A stretch of 64,000 nt of DNA from NCBI GenBank assembly GCA_963924565.1, contig OZ004611.1, positions 26,598,001 to 26,662,000 of the forward strand, given 5' to 3'. The notes under the pieces were generated by a model. It made no database searches and was not told the origin of the DNA. It saw only the letters and a program-made list of their open reading frames with translations. Shown here in pieces: positions 53,501 to 64,000 of the stretch. Numbering within the stretch: the first letter of the stretch is position 1; each line of letters opens with the position of its first letter. The translations under genes were made by a program, and so were the position numbers. This DNA is from Ascidiella aspersa. Its lineage: Eukaryota.

Positions 53501-54573
53501 GCTAAAGGGACAAGAGCTTACACTCAGGAACTGCTACGCGACAGCATCTAAGAACAAACAGCACAAGCCGCTGTATTATTTGCTCGAAAATGGGTAAATC
53601 GAAAACCAGGCCCAACCACGAGCCAACAGCTTTTAGACTAATAAAATACGAAAACTTTCAGATTAAAAAAATCGGACGGTTTTCTAACAACGTTTGAACA
53701 TGAAATAATTATTTGTTGCTGATAATAGCGTAAAAAAATTATGAAACTTGTTTTAAACGTTAAAATAAATGTACACTTGCAAAATGCCATATTTAATAAA
53801 ACATTTTATAGTTTTTATTTGTCACAATAAACATGAGATTATAAATTGCTCTTGTCTCCGATTTGTGAATAATTGTTTTAATTCCAATTTACCGTTTTTA
53901 ATTCAAACTCATTAATAAAAGGTAATTTATACAAAATATATAATTCAACGTTGACCCAATGGAACTTTTTTTTTTTCAGATGCGTGAAAGACCAAACATT
54001 TAGATATGAGAACGACTTGCTACAGGAACAAAACAACTCGACATTCACTGATTTTGATTTTAAGACTTTGATCAGTTTCGAAGCATTTAGGTTTAAAGAC
54101 GACTTATCAAAGGTACAATATCACAAATTCCGTGTAACCTAAAGTATAATAGAAATGTGCTTATTTTCTATAAATGCACTTTTAAGAGATACATAGCATA
54201 TAATATCGCACAGTAGTATAATATAATACAGATATAAATTTAATGTTGTGTTAAAAGCTTTTAAACCATAATAGATTTATTTGGGTCTCAATCAAGACTT
54301 TCTGCTGAAAAATAAACCGAAGGGTCAATAAAGGTACCATGTGAAAAAAAGATTTTAAACGCAATTTTTCTTTTTGGCGATATTTAGGTCTATATTCGGG
54401 TCGAAGCCGACATATGTTACAAGACTTCGAACTGTAATTCCTGCAATGATGCTAAAGGCTCAGCAAGAAACAGAAGAAATGTTGAGCTTGGGCTTAAAAA
54501 GCCTTATGCTGGTGGTTCACATTTTAATGCCGAAGTTAATGAAGGAATTGGAGTTGTGGGTTTGATTCAATAA
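41508..54573 (+). CDS. EGF-ZP gene C: signal peptide, 8 EGF-like repeats (exons 6-7 duplicated) and ZP module (about 737 aa)
   Basis: Exons 41508-41568, 42352-42508, 44057-44190, 44878-45032, 45541-45655, 46432-46577, 47030-47147, 48223-48368, 48821-48938, 51068-51348, 51607-51729, 52078-52220, 52834-52903, 53466-53593, 53980-54112, 54388-54573. Open throughout; furin site RNRR. Confidence 0.85.
46326..49842 (+). repeat. Intragenic tandem duplication of about 1.75 kb carrying exons 6-7 of gene C
   Basis: 46326-48106 is repeated at 48117-49842, with junction filler atccgtatcc at 48107-48116. Confidence 0.92.
50018..50590. mobile_element. hAT-type MITE (573 bp) present in gene C only
   Basis: TIRs cagcggttcttaacct / aggttaagaaaccctg; perfect TSD gtttagaa (50010-50017 and 50591-50598). 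Confidence 0.85.
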
Positions 54574-56192
54574 AATGCTATCCAGTAAAACTAATCCAGA
54601 ACTATATTTATTACACTACTATATTCACTGCAATATCATCAGAATCATCAATTATAAGTTTCATCACGATTTGACTTAAGAGTTTGTGTTTAAACTAGGC
54701 CCTTGTTACTGTTAACTTTTTTCCAAAAGTATCCAAAACAGCTTATAACAAAACCAACACCACGCGGCTCTGTGTTATATCGTTATCGAAATTGACGCGT
54801 TCTTTGTTATTCTGCGACTGTCGTTACATCAATTAAGCTGTTTTTAGTGATTTAATAATACAAACCATCAATACAAGTCATTATGTAACCATATCACCTA
54901 CACATTTTTGTTAAAATTAAATGTGGCAAACATCTAAAATTAAGTATTTTAAAAGTGACCTCAACTTTGCAGCAATAAAACAGTCCGATTTAGCACGGAA
55001 TAGAAATGGATAAAATTTTGTTTTTGTTTTAAGTTTTTTGTTTTAATTATTTTAATATTAAGAGAGAGGTATGGAAGCAAATTATCACGACGATCTTTTA
55101 ATAAACATGAATTTCTGAACTATATAAAAACAAACTTTTATCTCAAAGAAAAATTATAATATAACTACAACTCAAACAATTGCTGATTTTTGTTTCGTAC
55201 CAACGGTCCAAATCTTTCAGCACAAACACAGGAACACAAACGTATTTTTGGGTATTCGACTCCTGTTCGTCTCGCACGTTTTTAATTTGATTGTAAGTTG
55301 TACGTTTTTTCGCCAGTGTCTATAGTGTAAGACAAAATGCTAAGTGCTTTCGAAAAAGCAACCAAGACCAAGAACAATAACATGTCACCAATTATATCAA
55401 CATTTTATACAATAGAAGAACACAGTTTATTGAAAGTTTGATATGAAATAAACAACTGTCTTTCTAATCTCTAATGAGTGTTGCTTTGTAGGTAAACAGC
55501 AATATATTTGAGAAGGTTTAGAAAAAAACGAAGGTCTTAGGTAGATAAAATTGCAGTCATTATTTCTCAGCTAACAACAACAACGCAAACGTTACTTCCC
55601 AAACAATAGAGTTGTATTCCATTTCGCTTATTTAATTGTAAAATGTTTGCCAAGACAGCGGAAAAAGTGTCAAAGACCCTCTGTCCTTAAACGTGATTGA
55701 GAAACATAACCGAACAAACCAACAAAGGTTAAATGAACTGGACCACTAATTCCATCCATAGGGGTGGAATATATTTACGCGTATATTTTCAATTTCCGAC
55801 ATATAGTTCGCCAATGATGTTTTAACAAGCTGCACCTTACTTGAAGCAACAGTTAAATAGCGATTGGATTGGCCTATTAGAAGGTTATTCTTCAAATAAA
55901 GATATCGATAGTCAAGTATGTTTTAGAAAAAAACTTTATCGCTTTTGATGCCAAGAGCAATGTGTAATTATATGGGCCGAAAATTTATTTTCGGACATAT
56001 CTTGTTTTTGCCGTTATACTTTTTTGGTTTGCTTTGGTTTGATTTGGCATGCATCAGACCGATATTTGTCCAAAGCTTTATAGAAAAAGTAAACATCGTA
56101 TATTTTTGTCAAATTTACAGACATGGTGTAAAATGGTATGTATGTGCATATAAAAGGTTTAGTGCCCTCCTTGTAAAGTCCACTGCATAAAA

Positions 56193-56470
56193 TATGCCGG
56201 TGGTTCACAGTTTAACGCATAAGTTAAAGAAGGAATGGGAGTGTTGGTTCAATTCAGTGGAATAGTATCCAGTAAAACTAATCCGGCACTATTGTCACAG
56301 CTTATAATCACAAGGTTTCAATAATATCGAAATCAAAAACAAAATTATTTTTTAAGCTTTGATTACCAGCGCTTGTGTTTCAAAACAATCCTTTAGTGTT
56401 TTTTCAACAATTTGTTTCTAAAACTTACGAAAACATAAACGAATACTGTTTATTATTACAATTGACGTGC
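56193..56470 (+). pseudogene. Fragment of the last exon and 3' UTR of a further EGF-ZP copy
   Basis: Translates YAGGSQFNA*VKEGMGVL..QWNSIQ* with an in-frame stop and a frameshift, followed by 3' UTR-like agtaaaactaatcc as in genes B and C. Confidence 0.75.
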
Positions 56471-56669
56471 AATTTTGACAAATATAAAAATATCAAAGTC
56501 GCCTTGTTGTTTTTCAACGTATTAGTAGTTTAATATATTTAAAACACGATTTTTTTTTTAATACAACTAGAAAGAGCACTTAGTTCGTTATATATTATTA
56601 AAATCGGTCAATGTATCCAAATAAACAATCAACCCGATATTTTATGGCTATTACTTTGAAAAATGGAAG

Positions 56670-56791
56670 AAAAATATTAAAGCCCATACAGAAGTAGGTA
56701 TCATTTTGGACGTTTCGAATATCTCTTTATTCATTTTCAACATCACGTTCAAAAATGATGATACCTATGCTGTATGGGCTTTGATATTTTT
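56670..56791. mobile_element. Short fold-back MITE, possibly TTAA-type (Kolobok-like)
   Basis: ttaa|agcccatacag...ctgtatgggct|ttga with imperfect inverted arms of about 40 bp. Confidence 0.5.
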
Positions 56792-59224
56792 ATTACGTCT
56801 TACTGCAACCTCCAACAATTATGCTTCTAGCTTTGAAAAATGTTTTTAGTTTGTAAACCGCATTGATCTATGTATACAACATTGTGTTAGCATGAACGTT
56901 AACAAGTGTATTCGTTCTTTGTTATTGTTGCAATTAATCCATTAGGTAGTACATTAGACATGTCTAAGAGCAGCTCAAACTGCTTATTAAAAGGAGGAAA
57001 GTACGCTGCCTCATTAAAGTGTACTTGTAAAGCGCATGAATGCGATTAGAAAAAAGTTATACAGATTATTGCGTACAAAGGGTATTACAAATTACTATAC
57101 TAGCAGCCTGTATCTGATTAAAAAATCTGCCTGAGTGTCAGTGTTTTTTAATTATTTTTATCAAACCGCCTTGGTGGACAAAGATGCAACATTCTGCTAT
57201 GAACACGTTGCTGTGGATATCGCTGGCTGTTGTGTGCACACTGGTTGTCTTCGCAAAACATTCTAAGAGTAAGTTGCTTATAAGATATTTTTTACCAATA
57301 TTACATAATATAAAAGAGAGAAGCAAATTACAAAACATATAAAAACTGATAACCAGGTAGGTAGGTATTGGGTTTTTAAATGTTTTTATGTAAAATGTTT
57401 CGTCCTCGATTAAAATAAATGTAGAAGTTAAAACATGATTTCCTAACTATTCAATCCGAAAGGCATTTAATCTATGAGATACAGTACAATAATGAAATAA
57501 CTCTGTATGTAACGGTTTCTAGAAGGTCAGATAAATATCAGGATTAAATAGCTCAGATATTAAAACGTTTTGGTATATAAAAGAACGTTAGCTGTTCACA
57601 ACAAAAATATATTAGCTATACATATTTGGTTCCAAGCTATTTCATACTTGATCTTTAAGTATGATTGTAATTCTGAATAACATCAAAAAAATGTGCACAA
57701 GCAAAATTGTAAAAAATCTTTAATATCACATAAAATCATAATCAAACACAAATTAAACTTTTGGCGAATTTTTTTATCAATACTAGTAGGCATATTGATA
57801 ATTTAAAAAAAAATAAGAATCGGTTTCGAAATGAACTCATTGTAAGGAATATCACCAAACGCTTAGACGGGTGTGTGATTCAATTCTTGCCTGGTTGCGC
57901 CAAATCAAATTGAAAGACATTGAGAAAATGTATAGGTATCTAAAGACCAACATTGAACCACTCGCCAGTATAAGTTATGCCATGTCAGCCCAACATGAAA
58001 TAGTTATAACCTTCCCGTGACGTTTCAAACACATACCTTATAGTGCACGTAAGGTTAAAGAATATTCAAAGACAAGAAGGAAAATATTTAGGGATTTAAA
58101 CACATTTCAGCGTGCGAAAGACTGTTAAAGATCCAAAGACTCGGTAAAGTTTAGGTAGCAATCACTTGTTTTGTAGAAATCTTGATAATGTCGAACAGTA
58201 ATGGGTAAAGCACTAACCCAAACGCTTGTCAAGCCAATCTCACGTTTATTCAGGCAATCGACAAAGTTTCGACAATACAAAAGAAATTCGCCCCGGGCGA
58301 AAACAAAGGTCAATTTGTTTATTTGCGACAAATTATGTTAAACACCCATATGTAAAACGGTTAAAGACCTATAGTATTGCGTAAATCGCTTAACAAACAT
58401 ACTTACAAAACAACAGTAGAGAATTGTCGAACCGCATTCTACATGATAAAAAGTCCTACATAATAGCTCAGAAAATATGCTAGGCCAGCCATACGACAAC
58501 TATGTAAAATAACCGAAGTAGAAACGCAGGTTAAACAATTAGAAAAATAGTTAATTTAATAGGACGGAAATTCGCAGACGGCATGCCGCCATTTGTAGAA
58601 ACTCGTCTTCATATAGCGAGAAGACAATTAATGTGAATAAAAGTTATTATCCAAACCTCACTTACAAAACGCGGAACCTATTCTTTAAGCAATTTCTGAA
58701 GAGCAATTCTTAATAATTGTCTTACAACTTAAATAGGCGAAATTTGCGTAATATACTTTAGTTACATTAAATAGTGTTGATATACAAGTGCGTATCGAAA
58801 CGTCTCTTTCAAGATGATGTCGATTTACTCGGCCTTTGTGGCTTTGACGTTAAAAATTAAAATAAAAGTTCGCCTCATAAGTGCGAAAGTTAATTCAATA
58901 TCATCCCTGCTGTGGATAACTCTGTTTATCGCTAATAAGCAGGATTACCATTTCGTGCGTATTTCTAAGATTTGTTCTTATTTTTGGCTACAGTCTCTTA
59001 TAAAACACTAATTTTCTTTTTTTCTAAAAGATGTGCTTGTTTTTGAGTAGTCTTAGTTTGTCTTGTTTTGGAATTTATTAAGCCTGACAATAGTTTTCAT
59101 TGAATGGTGGTTTCTTATATTTTGTTCGTTTGACGATAATACTCAAGTTATTGAAGCCCGTAACCGTAAATCCCAATAGATAACCGCCCTCCGATGGTAA
59201 GGCCTTACAAGAATCTGACCCTTT

Positions 59225-62200
59225 ATGAAAAAGGTTTGTGCAATCCTGGCCGAAAGCATCCTGTCTGTTTTTGCATTTAAAGATTTGCCAATTCAACCAA
59301 ATAAACTCATTGTTGCGTGCTTCGAACAACAAAGTGTTTTTAAAGGTATTTGTATTTGGTTGCCCTCAGAAAAAAATCCTGGATTAAAAATCCTAGAGCG
59401 TGCTTATTTTTTTGGTCTTAGAAGACGTTAAACCCTGTTAATAAAGTTAAACTCCGTCCTAACGTTCCCGCAGATTGCAAGCGATCGTGCGTCAGTTCGG
59501 ACCCGTTCTGCAACGAGTTTGGCGACTGCGAGATCACGCATCGAAAGTGCTGTAACGGCTCGTGTGTGGACAAACGTCAGCCTTGCCCGAACCGCCAGGG
59601 GCGCATGGAGCGCTACAACCGTATGAACGAGTCGGCCTACAAGGCGCGCCTTGACAAGTATATCAAGAGCATGAGCGACGACATAAAGGCGAAAAAGTGC
59701 TCGCCCGATTCGCGCTGCGTGAATGAGACCACTTGCAAGTCGGAGTACTACCAGTGCCATAATGGCTGGTGTAGGAAACTGGCTTCGGAGTGCGAGCCGT
59801 TTTGGAACATAACCAACGACGACAAAGCGCTGCGCAACGATATCCTAGGAAATCAAACGTGTTTTCCGATCGAGCGCTGCAGGAGAAAGGCCTGCTCATC
59901 GAGGTACAGTGATGGTTTTGATATCGCAACTACTAATATTTTTTGTCGGCTCTGAATTCGCCTTCGACAAACATTCACTTACTGACAAAAAAGAAAACTA
60001 CCAAGATATTTTGGGTTTAGCAATGGGATGATCCAATGAGGCTACAAGTTTAACTATGATGATGCTAGCTGACATTGTGCAATTGCGCATCTTTGGGCAG
60101 ACCTGCGCAAACTACGGGACTCTGCTTTGGGTCGGCCATCCAAGCAAATTAAACCGGCCCGCAATCTCATCAAACATTTCTGATTAATAAGCCTTTATGT
60201 TTATATTTTGACTTTGGCGTATTTTAATAAATGTCATACTTTAAGGCAACCTTGCTTTACACACTCTTGCCAATTTTCCACACCAATTCTATTTGCTTAT
60301 AGGTACGCTTCTACTTACTTTTCAACCGCTTTAGCTTCCTGGACGGGTAAAAGTAAATAATTTTGGGTACGCTAGGCACGTATCTGTAATGTTTTCGGTT
60401 ATTCAGTCACTGTTAAAAATAGTTGCCCATCCCTATTCCCTATGCCTTCACGGTTATATCGACTTCGTGCTGTCGGGAAACCTTACCGAAATCAGCAGGC
60501 CCCTAAACACACTTGGCTTTAGATATTTTTTGATTCACTTAACCGCTGAGCCTGCGTAAAAAAGCAAAATGTATAGTCGTTTCTACATTATGTGGACCAA
60601 AAGAACACCGTTTACCAAGAAACGAAAATTTACCATATGTTACTAACCGTAAACATTTTTCAAAGTAGATTAACTGCAACATCCATAAATTACAAAACGT
60701 TTTTTAAAGCTACTGGATGTGCAATAACGGAGAGTGCATTTCGACTGGGCTGGTATGCAGAGGTGGCAAAAACTGCATAGACGGAAGCGACGAAAACTAC
60801 TGCAACGGAACATGTTTTCCACCCAACAGGCAAGTAATAATGGTGATCCAAAGGTATTAAACACCAAACGTTAAAATCGGTCGTTTTTTTCTAAATCCTA
60901 AATAACAAAGGCGCCCTTAAACAGAAGCCATTATTTGTATAAAGATTTGCCAATTTGAAGCCGCGTAATGAATTTCGGGTTCCACAAGTCTTACACAAAT
61001 TTTACACGACGCATCACTGTTAAATAAATCGTATTTCCTCATTTCGACCTCCAAATGTCAACACCAGTTATACAAACCGACACAGTTTGTGTAAAGTAGT
61101 TAACGAGAAATGTTTTGTTATTTCAAAGGTAGATTGAAAAGAGTAGTTTATGCGAATACACCAACTACTAGAAGGTTGGGTGTTCGATTGTTAGTTACAG
61201 CGCTGGTTTTAAGCGAAACCTGTGGGTTTCAGGGTCAGGGTATAACTTTGAAACGATGGACATTTATTCAGGAAACAACAGGTAACTAGTTTATAAAAAA
61301 TATTTTGAGACTAAAAAGTTTGCGAGGCCTCGTTAAAGTAATACAGGTTACCACTTTGGTGCATGGTTGTATAGCACTCTGATCATTTAGACGTTTAGTC
61401 AACTCATATGTAGATGGTATTATCACGCCCACGAGTAAACATCTAACGGTTTTCTGTTTAGCCAACAAACTTTTTGCAATCTTCGTTTAAAAACAATTGT
61501 GAGGTATAGGGCGCTTTTCACTCAAAAGCTAAAGGTATGGTGCTCTATAGTCTACAAAGCCATGTATATGACTTTTAAAAGTAACAATCCAACTTTGATT
61601 GCTTCAATGTTTTGATAAAGGAATAACGGGTTGATTTACTTCAAACAGATGCTACAACGACACATGTAAATATGGATATTTCGCCTGTGGTGATGGAGAG
61701 TGTATTTATCAGGTATGCCGCTGACATTCGTCCAATACCAATGCGCATATCGTTTTACTTGCTGCATAATACGTTGTATGTTATTTTAAGGTGTGTTATT
61801 GATCATAATTAAATGACTTTTTCGATTTCAATACTTATATTTGGCAACTGATGACTTGGACTGAGACGTGACTTGATATTTTTTGCAAAAGACTTGGCTT
61901 GATCTTAAGTTGTTTTTCAAATGATTTGAATGGGATTTTTTTTCAAAATGACTTTTTTTCAAAATGACTTGTTTACAAAAGGCACCAAGTGGCCAATGCA
62001 TGGAGAGCTACTGATGTAAAGTATATGCTTTGTTGCAACAGGAAAACGTCTGTGACGCGATTTACCATTGCAGCGATAAAAGCGATGAAGCGAACTGCCA
62101 AACGTGCTGGCCTGAAAAGGCATGCGACGAAAACTTGGAATGTATATATGGCTACTTTCCATGCGGCAACGGTAGGTAAAAAGGTTTCGATTATCAAATA

Positions 62201-63459
62201 GCATTCAAGATTATTAAAAAAAAAAACATTATGACGAGCGAAAACGGCAAAAGGTTTGTTCAAAAAATAGAAAATTACTTTAAAGAGAAAATTTATTGGA
62301 CGTGGTTCCCTTAAAATGGTATAGGGTTCCTCGAATACACTAAACATTTGACAATTATTTTTTATGCAAGGTGACAGTTTTGGAATGAACACTTTGTGTT
62401 TCAGCATTTTTAGGTTTTGTTTAACGTCATTATTTCATTATATTTACACAAATATAACTATGAGCGCAAGTGTTTGCAGAGTTATTAGCCCGGTCAAGCC
62501 TAACAAATTAGAGGCATTGATAACTTGTTCAATAGGTCCGGGACTAAAACAGGTCATGAACACGTTGTTATAAGGCAACTTGATAAAGCACTCCTAGGTT
62601 TTCCATTTTATGCGGACAATACCAGCCAACTTTAGACAGACGTCCCTAAGAATTAATAATTAACAATACAGTTTTGAAAGGCACTTAATGTTAATAGCGG
62701 CCCGTTCTTTTAAATTAGCGTTCTCAATCTTTTCTGTGCCGTATTCTACGCAGTGTTTTTACCGTCACTGCGTATCACCTGGCTTCAACAGCAATCCTTT
62801 TGCTCTCATTTACATAGGTTTATTTGGACCAGAATAAGTACCCGCTCCCAAGCTTTAAGATAAAGACCAGCTGCGGATTTTAGATAGATAGAATATATAT
62901 TCATACTTAGTCGCAAACCTTTGATTGCGCTATACTTTTCCTAAACTCCGCATAAGACTTGAAAGTTGCTTGCAAAGCACCTGTAAAGCGGTTGGAACAC
63001 AAGTTAAAAAACATTGCCTCATCAATATTATATGTAAATGCATACACACAGGAAAAATTAGTTCCAACGCATATTTCGTATCCACATGGAATTTCAACGG
63101 TACCTGTGACGTTTAAGTTATTGTACGGCGCTGTAAAGTGTACCACGCTTTAGGTTAGTGTCCCGTCCTTTTCGAATAAGATTTACGAACAACGGTTGCT
63201 GCCTTCAGGAAAATGCATCGACTCTTCGCGTGTTTGCGACCAACGGAGAGACTGTCTCGACGGTAGCGACGAGATAAGAGTCGGCTTCGGATTCAAATGT
63301 ATGATAGGCAGCAACTTCGACACTTGCGTTCTGAGCCAGAATCTTTTGGAGGACGGGCACGCTACACGATGCGCGGACTACGCCGATGATTGCAGTGTGA
63401 ACGGCACCTATAACTGCTTCAGGTGTTTTGACGGGAAGTTCGAAATAGCAGGACAACAG
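59225..63459 (+). CDS. LDL-receptor class A repeat protein, 5' part (continues beyond window); possibly the ectodomain of an ascidian LDLa-repeat GPCR
   Basis: Exons 59225-59345 (tentative first exon, weak signal peptide), 59474-59903, 60710-60829 (GC donor), 61649-61712, 62042-62171, 63209-63459, all phase-compatible. LDLa motifs CNNGECI...CIDGSDE, CGDGECI...CSDKSDE, CGNGKCI...DCLDGSDE. Confidence 0.78.
60099..60433. mobile_element. Probable hAT-type MITE in an intron of the LDLa gene
   Basis: Left cagacctgcgcaaactacgg...ccggcccgc, right aaaaatagttgcccatccct, resembling the other hAT ends in the window. TSD not established. Confidence 0.45.
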
Positions 63460-64000
63460 GTGGGTAGGGATGCATCTTACCTGTACACACACATTTCTGT
63501 AGCTATTCTATTCGTCTCTATAGCTCATTGATTCCACAGTACTTAAGCCTATGTAATGACAATATGCCAGCAATTTAAGATCAATACCAGTATACTCAAC
63601 TGTTACACATAAGTGTTACACAACTGTAATCTTGCCCTTCTGAAGTTGCTATTTGGCCAACGATGTCGATGTTTTGCACTTTATTGCGATAACCGATCTT
63701 TTAGCAAAAACTAACTTATATTTGCTGAAAGTGCTGTGCATAGGAACGCAACCGATGGCTAAAATATGTCAAGTTAGCTTGGTAGGGGATACACACGTGT
63801 CGTACGCTCCTGTAGTATCTGGCGAACAGCATCAGTGAAAATATATAATAACTTTGGCCTTTCAATCCACTCTTTTCGTTAAAGATTACAATACAGTTTA
63901 CAACCATCGACAAATAAAATAAAACGACGCTCAATTTGCGAAAATCAAATGGTATACTTGGGCACACTATTGCACGGATCTGTAATGTAGCTTGATAATA

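Noticed and set aside
60303-60346. Extra 44-nt exon in the LDLa gene
   Set aside because: It lies inside a probable MITE and would break the phase between exons 59474-59903 and 60710-60829, which already join into a complete LDLa repeat.

Overview
AT-rich, intron-containing animal genomic DNA. Gene content suggests an invertebrate chordate, probably an ascidian (inference). All genes are on the + strand; exon models were read by hand from splice sites and phase. (1) 75-4103: the last eight exons of a ZEB/Zfh1 transcription factor, including the C-terminal three-zinc-finger cluster. (2) 7331-7828: an intronless orphan ORF. (3) 10268-54573: a tandem array of three intact genes (A, B, C) encoding secreted proteins with signal peptide, 6 or 8 EGF-like repeats, a ZP module, a furin site and no transmembrane anchor. 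Relic fragments of further copies lie at about 24.8-26.6 kb, 39.5 kb and 56.2 kb. (4) From about 59.2 kb: the 5' part of an LDL-receptor class A repeat gene. The EGF-ZP array is the most interesting part. Its EGF exons diversify while the ZP exons are homogenised. One copy gained two EGFs by an in-frame exon-pair duplication. An RGD motif is created by splicing in two copies and lost in the third. All copies have an unusual ZP cysteine pattern. Introns and intergenic DNA carry many non-autonomous hAT-type elements (some nested, one with a probable excision footprint), fold-back palindromes and a tRNA-derived SINE.
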